A DNA stretch of 59,379 bases from Prasinococcaceae sp. CCMP 1430 (lineage: Eukaryota > Plantae > Prasinodermophyta), in NCBI GenBank assembly GCA_013416795.1, contig RQSC01000033.1, positions 399,702-459,080 on the forward strand, read 5' to 3'. The notes under the pieces were generated by a model. The model did not search any database and was not told where the DNA came from. It saw only the letters and a list, made by a program, of their open reading frames with translations. Position 1 is the first letter of the stretch; every line of letters begins with the position of its first letter. Both the position numbers and the translations under genes were made by a program. Positions 45,652 through 58,912 of the stretch are shown piece after piece.

Positions 45652-46716
45652 TTATATATCCTCGTAAATTAATAANCCGCGCCCGCACGGCCGCGCCGCG
45701 CGGGCCCGCCTTTCGCGCCACCCAAACGCGAATGATTGCGCGGGGCTGCGGCGGCTCGCCGCTCCGCGATGACCACTGAGTGCCGGTGAGTGACGGATGG
45801 GGTGGGGTGGGGGCGCTGACGTCGCGGAGTCCTCGTTTCTCCGCGCTGCCGCGACTCGGTCTGGACGAGGTGGTTCGATGCGGGTCAGGCGCCCCCCCTC
45901 AGGAGGGCCCGGCGCACCGTCGGACGTTGCGGTAGCACGCATCCTCGTAGCACCGCAGCTGGCACACGCCCGCCGCGCGGCCCGGCACCAAATCGACGGA
46001 GATCCTCTCGAGCCGTGCAATTGCAGCACCTCTCCGTCACGGGCTCGTCGCACTTTCGTTGAGTGAGGGACGAAAACGTTTCAAAGTGCGATGATGAGTG
46101 CGGCCAACGTGTCCAAGTGCGATGAGTGCAAGTGCTGCGAGAAGAGGGGCGCGCGCCCTCCGCGGCTGGGGGGCAGGGGACGGCGAGCCCCGTGGCACGC
46201 AGAGGCCGGCGCGGACGCCGTCTCAGGGGAGAGGTGGTACCGCGGCACTGCACCGCGCAGGCTCGGGCTCGGGTGAGAGCAGGGGCGGACAGCACATGTG
46301 ATGTGCCTTCTTCCGGTGATCGCCGCCCCGCAAAATAATAATGATGGATCGAAGGGCGCGCCGGAAAAAGAGTACGGCAGCGCAGCACTGGGCGACAACC
46401 TGGAAAAAACCTCGGAGTCAAAACAAAAAAGTCCCCACACACTTTTTGAACTATCCCTAGCTAGAAACCTATTACAGGACAGCGTACCAGGACAGCGTAC
46501 CGACTACTGTACTGCGGTAGCAGGCGTGTGCACACACGGCCCGGGGCCGCGCGGGCGGCCAGCCAGCGAGCTACGCCCCCGCCGGGTGGGCGATCCTGCC
46601 CAGCGGCGCCGCGTCGGCCAGCATGTCGCGGGCGGCAACGCGCAGCTCGTCCACCGGCGCTGCCGCCCGCGCGAGCCAGCCCAAATGGCCCCGTTGGAAG
46701 ACTCTTTCGGTCCCAA

Positions 46717-48678
46717 ATGGAGCGCGCAATGCGCGAGCGGGAGGCGCGCATGACGCTTTTGGAGCAGCAAAATCGCCACCTGAAAGCGGCGTACGGAAGG
46801 GAGCGAGCAAAGTCAAAGCGGCAGAACGACGAGCACGCTGCAGCTGTCGCGTGGCGCGCATCAGTCGGGGCAGACTCCAGCGCAGTCACCTCGCCTCTCT
46901 CAGTTTCACCGGGACCTGCAGGAGCTCGACCTGCTGTATCGCAACGCAGTGCTGATTCTGTGCCTGCAATGATGAGCGAGCTCTCGCTCGTGGCAAGTCA
47001 GTGCCGTAGCATGGTGGTAGGTGGGGAGCAGCAGCAGGAGGACAAGGAATTGCATGCACGGGGGACTCAGATTCAGGTGCGACAGGCGAACACGATGGCA
47101 CTGCCGAACAAGCGACGCGCATTCAACGCGTTGCATGCTCGGCTCTCTCAGCTCCAGGGCCGCGTCTCCCGTTTTGTGGAACGCATCGAGACTGTCGCTG
47201 AGAGCAAAGAGGCGTCGCGCTCGCGTTCGAAGTCGTCGCAAGATAGAACGTCGAAGCCTGCAAGCGTGCAGAGTGTTGATGCTCGCGAGGCTGCAAGTGC
47301 AACCAAAGCCCCGGCGCCTGTGACATCGCCGGGAGCGCAGGAGGCGATGCTGTCGGTCCTTCAGGCGCAGCTGCTCAAGGTGCAGAGGTCAAGCGCGTTG
47401 TTCGAAGCCAGCACCCGCGCTGACGAGGCTACGAAACAGGCCCCACGGCATGCGAGCGTGCTGTCGCCCACCCCAGGGGACACCCCTGCAGGGTCAGTCG
47501 TCGACAGGTCGACGGGGGAGTCCCCTTCCAAAGCTACTGTGGAGAACCGGCCTGGTGCGCACCCCGACGCCGGCCAGTCTCCCAGAAGAGGTAGCTACTC
47601 TCCGGCTGCAAGCACGGCTGCTTTGATGCCAGATTCCTCGCCGGGATTCTTCACACCTGAGCCGCCCGCCCAGGCGCGAACTGAGGATCATACCACAGTG
47701 CATTCGCCTCCCCAGGACACGTCGACGCAGACACCTCCGAGCAGCGGCAAGACCAGGCGCCGACGTGTCGTCGAGGGTGTCAGCGGCGCTAAGACCGTGT
47801 CGCCACGGCGACGAACAAGGCCACCCTTGGAGACGGCATTGGTTCCTGCGTCCGCACGCACGGCGCGTGATGTGCTCGGCCCGCGAGAGCGACGCTCGCC
47901 CTTGCGCGCGACATCCGCGCGCCTCTTCGACAGCCCGGGCGGCTTCAGCTCGCCGTACAAATCGCCCCTGCGCAAGAGAGGGGCCTCGCGCAGGGCCTCT
48001 GGCGAGGCTTTGGCGCGCACCGCCCTGCAGGACATCTTCTGGCGGCTGGACATGTGTGCAGTCTCCAAGGGATGGCGCGTAGTGGAAGTCTTCCGCCAAT
48101 TCGACAAGGACCGCGACGGTCGCCTCAACGGCCACGAGATGCATGACATGGTGCGATTTTTGCTTCCTGGCGCGACCGCAGCGCAGGCGCGCACGTTCTA
48201 CGTGCTTTGTGACATCGACGGCAATGGTGGTGTGAGCTACACTGAGCTCAGTCGCGCGCTAGAGGAGCGTCGCGCGGTGGGATTCGCCGACGAGGCATCT
48301 GAGCGCGTGACCGCGGACGATGTCTTGCGGCGCTTCGCGACGCACATCCGAAAGGGCCCCGAGACGGAGATGTTTCACCGCGTGTTTTCCTCGTTCGGTG
48401 TGGGCCACATCACCGTGGGATTGAAAGAGCTCAACAGGCTCGTCGCGGATGCCATGCCCGCGCTTGACTCCTACGAGCGCAGGCTGCTTGTGGAGGATGT
48501 GCGCCGAAAGCTGGACTCGAAGGGCAAGGGCCGCGTAACTCGCGACGCGCTCGTCGGCGCCGTCAAGAAAGCGGAACGGCGAAAACCACAGGCGGCGAAG
48601 GAGCGAATTCTGACGCCCGCTGAGTCGCCAGCGTCGTCGGTAGTGCCCTTTTTGCTGCGCAGGTCGTTGAAGTCACCC
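46717..48678 (+). CDS. EF-hand calcium-binding protein with coiled-coil and low-complexity N-terminus; truncated at N 48679, start uncertain
   Basis: EF loops DKDRDGRLNGHE and DIDGNGGVSYTE, plus degenerate DSKGKGRVTRDA. Confidence 0.7.
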
Positions 48679-49497
48679 NCGGCCGCCCCGGCCGACCCGG
48701 CCGGCCGGCATTCGTTCAGGCAGCGCCCGTCCCTCCGGGGAGACCGACGGCTGGTGCCGATCCGTACGGGCGCGCGCGCCGATCGGACGGCGGGAACGCG
48801 CCGCCGCACACACGCGCGCGCGCGCGAATGCGAACGCGCGCGCCGACGAACCAACGGAACCGAAAGCGAAGGCGAAAGCGCAAAGCGCAAAGGCGCGCGG
48901 CGAAAGCGAAAAGCGAAAGCGAAAGCGAAAGCGGCCTGATGCGCTCCCCGTCCCCATTCGCGCGCGCGCGAGTTCGCGCGAATGCGCCTTTGCGGATTCG
49001 GTGCGCGCAGCGCCGGTTCGTACGGAGCCGCTGCTGTCGCTGTCGCTGCTGCTGCTGCTGCTGCGCGCGGAGCAGCGGCGCGCTCGCCCCCCCCGTTGGG
49101 TTTGGGGGGGAGGCGAGGGGGGCAAGGAGGGGTGCGCGCGCGCGCGCGTGCGCGTGCACGCACGCGCCTCACTCAACGCCTGTGAGTGTGGACGCGCCAC
49201 ACGCTGCGCGCCGTCGCAGCGACTCTCTCCCCGAGGACACGCCGCTCCGCCGCTCTCGATGGCCGCCGCAGCCGTGCGCTTGCGGGCGCGTACCACTGCT
49301 CAGGCACCAGCGTAGGCTCGGCGCTTCCGAGCGCTTGCGCCCGGCAGAAGCCCACGGCTGAGCGAGAGCGTGCTGCCCGCGCTGACATGGCTGNGAGCGC
49401 GTTGCCACCCCACCCCTTTGTCCCCCTCCCTCGCTCTCGCCGAAACCGCCCGCGCGGACGAACGAACGAACGAACGAACGACGCGACGGGAGAACAG

Positions 49498-52097
49498 TGA
49501 CGCTGCCCGGCCTCGCCGTGGGCGCCGCGGCCGGCGCCGCGGCCGCCGCCCTGGCGCTCAAGAACTCGCCGGCGAAGGAGCGCTTCGCCTTCGACGCCTC
49601 GCCCGTGCCCGCCAAGGACGACATCGACAGCTCCATCATGTACCACGCGGAGCACACGGCCACGTCCACGCCCGCCAACGCGGCCAAGCCGAGCGCCTAC
49701 CAGGCGTACGTCGCGGCCGCCGCGTCGGTCGCCGACCGCGTGCTCGAGAACTGGAACGCCACGCAGGCCACCTTCGACGAGGAGAACCCCAAGCAGGTGT
49801 ACTACCTGTCGATGGAGTTCCTGCAGGGCCGCGCGCTCACCAACGCGCTGGGCAACCTCGAGCTCACCGAGGAGTACGCCGCCGCGCTGCGCAAGCTCGG
49901 GTACGAGCTCGAGGACGTGGTCGCCGCCGAGTCGGACATGGCGCTGGGCAACGGCGGCCTCGGCCGCCTGGCGAGCTGCTTCCTGGACTCCATCGCGAGC
50001 CTCGAGCTGCCCGGCTGGGGCTACGGCCTGCGCTACAAGTACGGCCTCTTCAGGCAGGCCGTCGACGGCATCGACCAGACCGAGTCGCCCGAGTCGTGGC
50101 TCGACCGCTCCAACGTGTGGGAGGTGCCGCGCTACGACGTGAGCTACCCCGTGCGCTTCGGCGGCAGCGCCACGGCCGACGGCAAGTGGGTGGGCGGCAC
50201 CGTCTTCGACGTGATGGCCTACGACACGCCCATCCCGGGCTACAAGACGCGCAACACCATCTCGCTGCGCCTGTGGCAGGCCAAGCCGGCGTCCGACCTG
50301 TTCGACCTGCCCTCGTTCAACGCCGGCGAGCACCAGGCGGCGATGGCCACCGTGGGCGAGGCCGAGGCGCTCTGCGCGGTGCTGTACCCCGGCGACGACA
50401 GCCGCGAGGGCAAGGCCCTGCGCCTCAAGCAGCAGTACATGCTGTGCTCGGCGAGCCTGCAGGACATCATCAACACCTTCAAGGCGCGCGGCAACGCCAG
50501 GCTGTCCGACCTGCCCAAGAAGGCGACCATGCAGCTCAACGACACCCACCCCACGCTCGCCATCCCGGAGCTGATGCGCATCCTCATGGACGAGGAGGGC
50601 CTCAACTTCGACAACGCGTGGAAGATCACCTCGCAGTGCGTCAACTACACCAACCACACCGTGCTGCCCGAGGCGCTCGAGAAGTGGGACTACGCGCTCA
50701 CCAAGGAGCTGCTGCCGCGCCACGTGCAGATCATCGAGCAGATCGACGCGCACTACAAGAAGAGCTTCCCCAAGGCGCCCGAGTCCACGTACATCATCGA
50801 GTACGAGGAGGCGGAGGCGGAGGAGGCGCCGGCCGCGGCGGCGGCCAAGGAGGCCGCCGCGGCGGCCAAGGCCCCCGAGCCCGTCCCCTCGGTCGTGCGC
50901 ATGGCCAACATGTGCGTGATCGCCGGCAAGTACGTGAACGGCGTGGCCGCCATCCACTCGGAGATCGTCAAGGACGACGTCTTCAACGACGCGTACAAGC
51001 TCTTCCCGAACAAGTTCCAGAACAAGACCAACGGCGTCACGCTCCGCCGCTGGCTGGCGTTCTGCAACCCCAGCCTCACCGCGCTCATCTCGGAGAAGCT
51101 GGGCGGCGACGAGTGGCTCTCCGACTGGACGCAGCTCGAGCGCCTGCGCGAGTTCGCGGACGACAAGGACCTGCAGGCGGCGTGGCGCGAGTCCAAGCTC
51201 GACAACAAGCGCAAGCTCGCCGAGTACGTGTACGAGACGCAGGGCATCAAGCTCAACCCCGAGGTGGAGATGTTCGACATCCAGGTGAAGCGCATCCACG
51301 AGTACAAGCGGCAGCTGCTCAACATCCTCGGCGTGGTCTACCGGTACAAGAAGATGAAGGAGATGTCCTCGGCGGAGCGCGCCAAGGTCGTGCCGCGCGC
51401 CGTGATGATCGGCGGCAAGGCGTTCGCCACCTACGAGCAGGCGAAGCGCATCGTCAAGTTCATCAACGCGGCTGGCAAGGTGATCAACGCCGACAAGGAC
51501 GTCGGCGACAAGCTCAAGGTGGCCTTCCTGCCCAACTACAACGTCTCGCTGGCGGAGAAGATCATCCCCGCGAGCGAGCTCTCGCAGCACATCTCCACCG
51601 CCGGCATGGAGGCCAGCGGCACGTCCAACATGAAGTTCACGCTCAACGGCTGCCTGATCATCGGCACGCTCGACGGCGCGAACGTGGAGATCCGCGAGTG
51701 CGTCGGCGAGGAGAACTTCTTCCTCTTCGGCTACGAGACCGAGGACATCCCGCGCCTCCGCGCGGAGCGCGCCGCGGGCAAGTTCGTGCCCGACCCGCGC
51801 TTCGTCGAGACCGTGGACTACATCAAGAGCGGCGTCTTCGGCGAGACCTTCGAGGACATGCTCGACTCGCTGGAGGGGAACGAGGGCTTCGGCCGCGGCG
51901 ACTACTTCTGCGTGGCGGCGGACTTCCCGGCGTACATCGAGGCCCAGGAGAAGGTGGACGAGGCGTACCTCGACCAGGACAACTGGACGAAGATGAGCAT
52001 CCTGAACACCGCCGGCTCGGGCTTCTTCTCGAGCGACCGCACCATCAAGCAGTACGCGGACGAGATCTGGGACGTCAAGCCGATCCACGTCGAGTGA
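49498..52097 (+). CDS. Alpha-glucan phosphorylase, second paralog; first exon missing
   Basis: ALGNGGLGRLASCF, QLNDTHP, KRIHEYKRQ and EASGTSNMKF; extreme GC3 bias. Preceded by an AACAG acceptor. Confidence 0.96.
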
Positions 52098-52292
52098 GCG
52101 CCGCGCGCCGCTCGGGAACCCATTATTTGTTGTGCGTGTGCCATTCACACAGCTAACTTCACAGCAACGGCGCGCGAGGCGCTGTCGATCGCAACGTAAC
52201 GATCGCGCGTTTCGGACGCCGCAGGCCGGGCTGCCGCGAGCGCTCGCTCCGCGCCGTCACAAATCGCTATGATACATCGCGCGCGGCCCACT

Positions 52293-53595
52293 TCAGCCCG
52301 CGTGGCATGCATGCGCCATGGCCGCCTCTCCCTCCAGGAAGCCCAGCTCGTCGCCGCGGTCGTCCGCTGCGCCGCACGCGCGCTCGAGCATCCGCCTCTC
52401 GAACGCCTCCTCGACGCCCAGGCCGACGCCCGCCAAGTACTCGTCGCTCCAGAACTTGCTCAGGTGCCTGTGCCCTCCGTCGCACAGCACCGTGACGACC
52501 GTGTGCCCCGGACCGAGGGCGCGCGCGAGCTTGGTCGCGGCGGCGGCGTTGATGGCGGAGCTCGAGCCCACCCAGAGTCCCTCGCGCGCCCGGAGGTATC
52601 GCGCCATCAGGACGGCCTCGCGGTCGCTCACGCGCGCGGCGCCGGCGAGCTGGTCGACCACCAGCGAGAAGTTGGCCGTCAGGCGGTTGAGTCCCACCCC
52701 TACGCGCAGGGCGGCATTGCGCCGCGCGGGGATGGCGAGGAGGGCAGTGCCGCGCGAGGGTGTGGGGTGAGCTTTCGACGGCAGCACCTGACGCGACGGC
52801 CACTGCTGCAGGCGCGGCCCTGGGGCCGCAGCGTCGCGCGCACACACCTTCGACGACCGTATCGAACGGATTCGCCCGCCTCTTCCCCTCGGCCTCCTCG
52901 CGCGTGTACAGGACCCCCTTCACCACGCGATTGAAGAGGGACGAACCCTGCGGGTCGGCGAGGAACGCTCGCGCGCCTGCGAACCGCTCGCACAGCGCCG
53001 CGTGCACGCCAGCGAGCGTGCCTCCCGTGCCCGCGCCGCATATGAAAGCCAGCCGCGAGCCGTCCGCCGGCCGCATGCCCCACTGCGCCTCGAGCTGCTC
53101 GCATATTTCCGCCCCCGTCCCGTCCCTGTGCGCTCTGAAGTTGGCGAGGTTCTCGAACTGGTCGCAGAAGACGCCGCCCTCCTCTCTCGCGCGCCGCCGA
53201 GCCACGTTGACGAAGTGCTCCGGATGCGTGATCGAGACGGGGCGCATCGGCAGCACCTGCGCACCCAGCGCGCGGAGAGCGCTCACTTTCTCCTCCGCCG
53301 CGTCGTCTGGCAGTGCCACGACGCACTTCAGCCCCCTCGCGCGGGCGACCATCGCGAGCGACACGCCCGTGGAGCCCGCGGTTCCCTCGGTCACCACGCC
53401 GGCGCCCTCGCGCAGCGCGCCCTCCCCCTCGGCGGCCAGCGCCTCCTCGACGATGCGCGCAGCGACGCGGTCCTTCGTGCTTCCGCCGGGGTTCAGGAGC
53501 TCCATCTTGGCGAGGACCTCGCAACCGGTGGCGGCGCTCAGCGAGTCCAAGCGCACGAGCGGCGTGTTCCCAATGCACGCGAGGACGCCGCTCAT
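52293..53595 (-). CDS. Cysteine synthase-like PLP enzyme; exons 53595-52848, 52699-52293
   Basis: IGNTPLVRL, NPGGSTKDRVA, EGTAGSTG, GAGTGGT, EG|VGLNRLTANF and CDGGHRHLSKFW. Confidence 0.9.
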
Positions 53596-53812
53596 GCCCG
53601 CGCCATCGCGCGCGCGCGGCCGCGCCGCCGCCGCCCGCTGCGCGCCCCCCTCTCGCTGCCTCTCTCGCTCCGCTGCGTGGCGCAGCTCGAGCACGNNNNN
53701 NNNNNNNNNNNNNNNNNNNNNNNNNNNNNNNNNNNNNNNNNNNNNNNNNNNNNNNNNNNNNNNNNNNNNNNNNNNNNNNNNNNNNNNNNNNNNNNNNNNN
53801 NNNNNNNNNNNN

Positions 53813-54898
53813 CTGCCTGCGGAAGCGCTCCGCGCGCGGTGCCCCGGCGGAGGCATGCGCGCTGCGGCGGGCTGCGATGGCGGCAGCGGCGAACGGGCGG
53901 GCGCAGCAGACCGAGCGGCCCCTGGCGGCGGCGACCTCGCGCTGTGTGATTGGCTCGTTGCGCTCGGCCTTGCCCGCTGGGAGCCCGCGCTGCGCTCACT
54001 CCGCGTGCTCGAGCCAGACGACGTGGCGCGCGTCACAGAGGCTGAGCTGCGCGCGGCCGGCGTCCCGATGGGCCCACGACGGAGGCTGCAGGCGGAGTGC
54101 GCGGCGCGCGAGGCGCTGCGCGAGAGCGCGGAAAGAGAGGCGAGGGGGCGCAAGGAACGCGAGGTGCGAGTGTCGTAGCGTGGGCCGGGCGGCTTGCGCG
54201 AGAGCGCGCAAGGGCACACGAGCGCTCACGTACACGCCAGCGCGCGCATGCGCGAACTTTCGGGCCAGCGCGCGTGCTGACGTCGTCGCGCACGTGCACC
54301 CGAACGCAATGCGCAGCGCCGAGCGCGCCACGCGCAGCGGCGGCGATGCATCCTTGCCGAGGTACAGGCGGCGACCGAGCGTGCAGCCGCGGCAGCGCGC
54401 GCGTACGCCAAGGCCGGCACAAAGGGGCAGCAGACGTTGCGCCTGCACCGCATCGACAGCCAGCAAACACGCGCACCACAGTGGAGGGGAGCAAGTACGG
54501 CTGCGAGCGCGATCGCGCAGGCGTCTGGCGGTGGCCGCGCATGTGCAACCGCGCATGCAGGCGCTTGCACCCCTCCACGAGGCGCCTGGCCACTTTGCTC
54601 GCCGGACGAGCTCGCGCCGACCCAGCCGTCGCAGCCGTCGCAGCCGGCAAACTCGCAGGCGCAGGCGCGACCTGAGAAATTTTCGCCGGTCGTCGTCGCG
54701 GTCGGACGGACGACACGGGCACGCCGAGCACCGCACGCCACTGAGGATGGCGGCTCGGACGGCACGGGAGCCGAGCCGGGCCACGTTGCATCGACAAGTG
54801 CATCGCCATCCCTCCAGCGAGCGTCGTTCTGGCGGCTGGCGGCGAGCAGGCCGGGCGACGGGAGCCTCGAGCGGATGGGAGTGGTGCTTCCGCGGTGA
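53813..54898 (+). CDS. SAM-domain protein; 5' end in gap, probable intron after ~54163
   Basis: WLVALGLARWEPAL..DDVARVTEAELRAAGVPMGPRRRL fits the SAM consensus. The downstream exon is tentative. Confidence 0.55.
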
Positions 54899-55477
54899 CC
54901 GCACGCGTGTGCTGGACCTCGAGCACGCAAGTCCGCCTGCTCGCTTGCGCCGCCTCAAAAGGCCTGACTGTTGTATGATTATGTTTGCGCGTTTGCGTGT
55001 GCGTCCGTGACACCACATGGCGCAGCGTCAGGGCCAGGACGAGCTGCTGCGTCGCCTGCGTCGCTTCCCGCGCAGAGCACCGCCGAGCGGGTCCAACTCG
55101 CGGCCAGCGCAATGTGTGGCCCCTGCCGCCCCGCGTGCTGGCTTTCCGTCGCCTGCTGCGCTGCTGCCGCAGCGTGGGCACACGCCACTCCGCCCCGCAC
55201 GTTGGGGGGTGGCATGACCGCACATTCACCAAAATTACACTCCTGTCGCGCCGCCGCCGAGCGCGCGAGCGCGGGCACGCTCGCCTGGGCGTGCGCAACG
55301 GGCCATCCATGCTCCATGGCTTGCACTGCACCGCTCGTGCGACGTCTCGCCTCCATCTCCAAAAAATGCGCGCACGGAAGCTCCGCGCGCGCGCGCACGC
55401 CCGCGCGAGCATGCATGCGTGAGTGCGTGCGCACGCCCTCACGGCGCCGCGCAGCAAGCAGTCATATTGCCCCGGGC

Positions 55478-56001
55478 CTACTTGGCGAAGCTCTTGAGCA
55501 CGCCCTCAATCTCCTTGGCGGTCATACCCTCCACGGCGACGCTGCTCTCCACGCCCTTGGCAAAGCGCGCGGCGACCTTCGCCTGCGCGCCGGCAGCCTC
55601 GCGCACGAGGATGGGCAGCTTCGGGTTGTCCGCCTTCAGCGCCGCGTAGTTGCTCGCCACGTAGTCCCTGTGTGCGGGGAGGATGCGCGCGCGCACGCGC
55701 GCAGGCACGCGCATCGGCGGCCGAGGGCGCAGGGGAGGAGGCGCGGGCGCCACCGCGCCGTGCATGCGCGCGCACGTGTGTCGGGTGCCAACGTCCGTGC
55801 CGGCACGTCAGCACATGCTACGCGCGGCGCGCTTTGTGCGGTGCGCCGGGACTTAGGGTTGGGCCCACTCTGCCCGGCCGCCCGCGCGCACGCCGCGCCC
55901 CTCTCGCACCTCACGCCCTTGGAGCCCTCCGAGGTCTGGCAGAAGGCGAGGCGTATCTCCTGCACCGACGTTGAGAGCGCCTTGCGCCAGGCGGTCGCCA
56001 T
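55478..56001 (-). CDS. NDUFA2: Complex I subunit B8 (NDUFA2); exons 56001-55910, 55667-55478
   Basis: EIRLAFCQTSEGSKGVR|DYVASNYAALKADNPKLPILVRE; 93 aa after splicing. Confidence 0.92.
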
Positions 56002-56422
56002 CCCGCGCGCGCGCGGCGGCGTGCGGCGCGGGCGGTGTTTGACGTGACCGCCGGCGCCGCGGATTGACACCTGCGCGTGTCTGCGAACTTTCCCTCCTCA
56101 ACCGTTTTCTCCCCCGGGGACCATGGTCGGGACAGCAGGGCGCGGGGGACTCCTGATGGCGCCACGGCGACGTCGTACTCAGCGCCGTTCGACACCTGCC
56201 CGCGCACGCCGGGCGGCGCGGGCGCTGGGGGTCGCCCAGGGACCGCGAGGCGCGCGTGCGACGACAGGCGTGCTCTTTCTTTATCATTTCGCCGCGGCGC
56301 ACCCGCAGCGAGCGCGCCGCTGCCGCCAACGAGCTGCGCCTGCCGCGTCCTCCTACCCCAGTCCGCCTGGGGCCTCGGCCCGTCCATCCCACCTTCACCA
56401 CCTCGCCCCACACAATAGTATT

Positions 56423-57660
56423 CTACTTCTTGGCCGCCGCGCGGCGCGCCCTCGCCGCGGCCGGGTCCTTGATCTTGAGGATCTTGCCGATGGCGATGGT
56501 CTTGCCCTCGTCGCGCAGCGTGAATCGCCCAAGCTGAGGAATGTTCTCAAACTTCTCGAGGCAGACGGCAGCGGCCGCCTTCATGCGGCAGATGACGATC
56601 GAGCCGCTCTTGACGAAGGACACCTTCTTGTCCATGGGCTTCTTGGTCTTGGGGTCGATCTGGCTGATCATCTTGGTCACCTCGATCTCCTCCACCGCCG
56701 TGTGGATGTGCATCACCGCGGTGTAGCCGGCGGTGAAGATGGACTTGTGCTCCAGCAGCTCCAGCACGGCCAGCTGCACGTCGAACTCCGCCACGCAGGG
56801 GCAAATCTCGCGGCAGCCGCTCAGCACGAAGCCCGTGGACACCTCCGCGTCGTCGATGTCGGACAGCTTCAGCTTGACGTTTTCTCCCGGGCCAGCGAAG
56901 TCCACCTCCTCCTCGTCGCGCCACACGCCCAGCACCTTGACGGGCTGTTTGTTCGGCATCATCACCATGCGGCTGCCCACGCGCGCGGTGCCCGCCTCCA
57001 CCTTGCCCATCACCACGCAGCCCGAATCCTTGTACTTGTCGATCACCGGCATGCGGAACGAGGCGCGCGGGTCGCGGTCCTGCGGCTCGAGGGCGTCCAG
57101 CGTGGCGAACAGCGTCGTGCCCTTGTACCACGGGCACACGTCCTCCTTGACGGCGTCGCGGATGTTGGCGCCGGTGAGGCCCGAGATGGGGATGAACTGC
57201 ACGTCCTTCTTGGTGTTGTAGCCGCACTGCTTGAGGAAGGGCGTCAGCTTGGTGGTGATCTCGTCGAAGCGCTCCTTCGACCAGTCGTAGCTGTCCATCT
57301 TGTTGACCACCACGACGAGCTTGGCCACGCCCAGCGTCTTGGCGAGCTGCGCGTGCTCGCGCGTCTGCCCGCCGCGCTCGAAGCCCGTCTCGAACTCGCC
57401 CTTGCGCGCGGCGATCACCAGCACGGCCACGTCAGCCTGCGCGGCGCCCGCGATCATGTTGGGCACGTAGTTCTTGTGGCCGGGCGCGTCGAGCACGGTG
57501 TAGCGCTTGGCCTCGGTTTCGAAGAACGCGCGGCCGACCTCCACGGTCTTGCCCTTGGCGCGCTCCTCCTCGTTGACGTCCATGATGTACGCCATGTACC
57601 ACGAGTCGCGGTTCTTGTCCTTGGCCTCGCGCTCGTATTTCTGGATGGTGCGGTCGTCGA
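56423..57660 (-). CDS. SUP35: Eukaryotic release factor 3 GTPase, last exon; 5' part in gap
   Basis: DDRTIQKYEREAKDKNRDSWYMAYIMD, GKTVEVG, DAPGH, GGQTREH, NKMD and LGRFTLRDEGKTIAIGK. Confidence 0.93.
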
Positions 57661-58912
57661 CTGCGCGGTCGGGGGCAGGACGGGGAGGGCGAGAGCGCGT
57701 GGGTCAGGACGGGCGGCGGCGGAGGGGCGGCCCGCTGGAGCCGCGGCGGCACCCGCGCGCGCGCGCGGAGNNNNNNNNNNNNNNNNNNNNNNNNNNNNNN
57801 NNNNNNNNNNNNNNNNNNNNNNNNNNNNNNNNNNNNNNNNNNNNNNNNNNNNNNNNNNNNNNNNNNNNNNNNNNNNNNNNNNNNNNNNNNNNNNNNNNNN
57901 NNNNNNNNNNNNNNNNNNNNNNNNNNNNNNNNNNNNNNNNNNNNNNNNNNNNNNNNNNNNNNNNNNNNNNNNNNNNNNNNNNNNNNNNNNNNNNNNNNNN
58001 NNNNNNNNNNNNNNNNNNNNNNNNNNNNNNNNNNNNNNNNNNNNNNNNNNNNNNNNNNNNNNNNNNNNNNNNNNNNNNNNNNNNNNNNNNNNNNNNNNNN
58101 NNNNNNNNNNNNNNNNNNNNNNNNNNNNNNNNNNNNNNNNNNNNNNNNNNNNNNNNNNNNNNNNNNNNNNNNNNNNNNNNNNNNNNNNNNNNNNNNNNNN
58201 NNNNNNNNNNNNNNNNNNNNNNNNNNNNNNNNNNNNNNNNNNNNNNNNNNNNNNNNNNNNNNNNNNNNNNNNNNNNNNNNNNNNNNNNNNNNNNNNNNNN
58301 NNNNNNNNNNNNNNNNNNNNNNNNNNNNNNNNNNNNNNNNNNNNNNNNNNNNNNNNNNNNNNNNNNNNNNNNNNNNNNNNNNNNNNNNNNNNNNNNNNNN
58401 NNNNNNNNNNNNNNNNNNNNNNNNNNNNNNNNNNNNNNNNNNNNNNNNNNNNNNGCGCGCGCGCCCGTCCCAGCCGCGTCCGCACTCCCCGCGACCGGCG
58501 GGCGCCCCCACCCCACCCACACACACACCGCCACACACGCGACCCCGCCCTCGCCCCCTTCCTCCGCCCTCTCCGCCCCACGCCCCTCCCCCGCTCCGCG
58601 CGCCCGCACCCCTCCTCCACCTCCCCCTCCCCGGCCTCAGGGTGCGAGCGAGCGAGCGAGCGAGGGAGGGAGGGAGCGAGCGAGCGAGGGAGGGAGGGAG
58701 GGAGGGAGGGAGCCGCCGTCGAACTGCGCCGTTCGGCGGCTGCCGGCCGCAGCCTGCAGGCGCCGGCTGGATGCCCGGATGGCGCGCACCCCAGCGCGAG
58801 CGCGCGAGCGAGCGAGCGCGCCTGCGCATAAAGCGGAAGCGCGCGTACGAAAGGCGTCGATTGCGACATCGAAACGCACGCGATTCGGTCGACGCCCCCG
58901 GCCAAGTCTCCG

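Larger units (their letters stand above)
41318..45675. other. AT-rich plastid genome segment embedded in GC-rich nuclear sequence
   Basis: Abrupt compositional switch at ~41318 and at the N at 45676. Contains plastid protein genes, tRNAs, Shine-Dalgarno sites and hairpins. Confidence 0.97.

Noticed and set aside
48860-48935. GCGAAA tandem repeat as the coding tail of the EF-hand protein or a CRISPR-like array
   Set aside because: A simple hexamer microsatellite beyond a single-N join, with no spacers.
49259-49311. MAAAAVRLRARTTAQAP as first exon of the second phosphorylase
   Set aside because: Splice phase does not match the 49497 acceptor, and an N join lies between them.
13875-57660. Functional clustering of release factors or starch genes
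   Set aside because: The genes are far apart, separated by unrelated genes and several N joins (7284, 40326, 45676, 48679, 49394).
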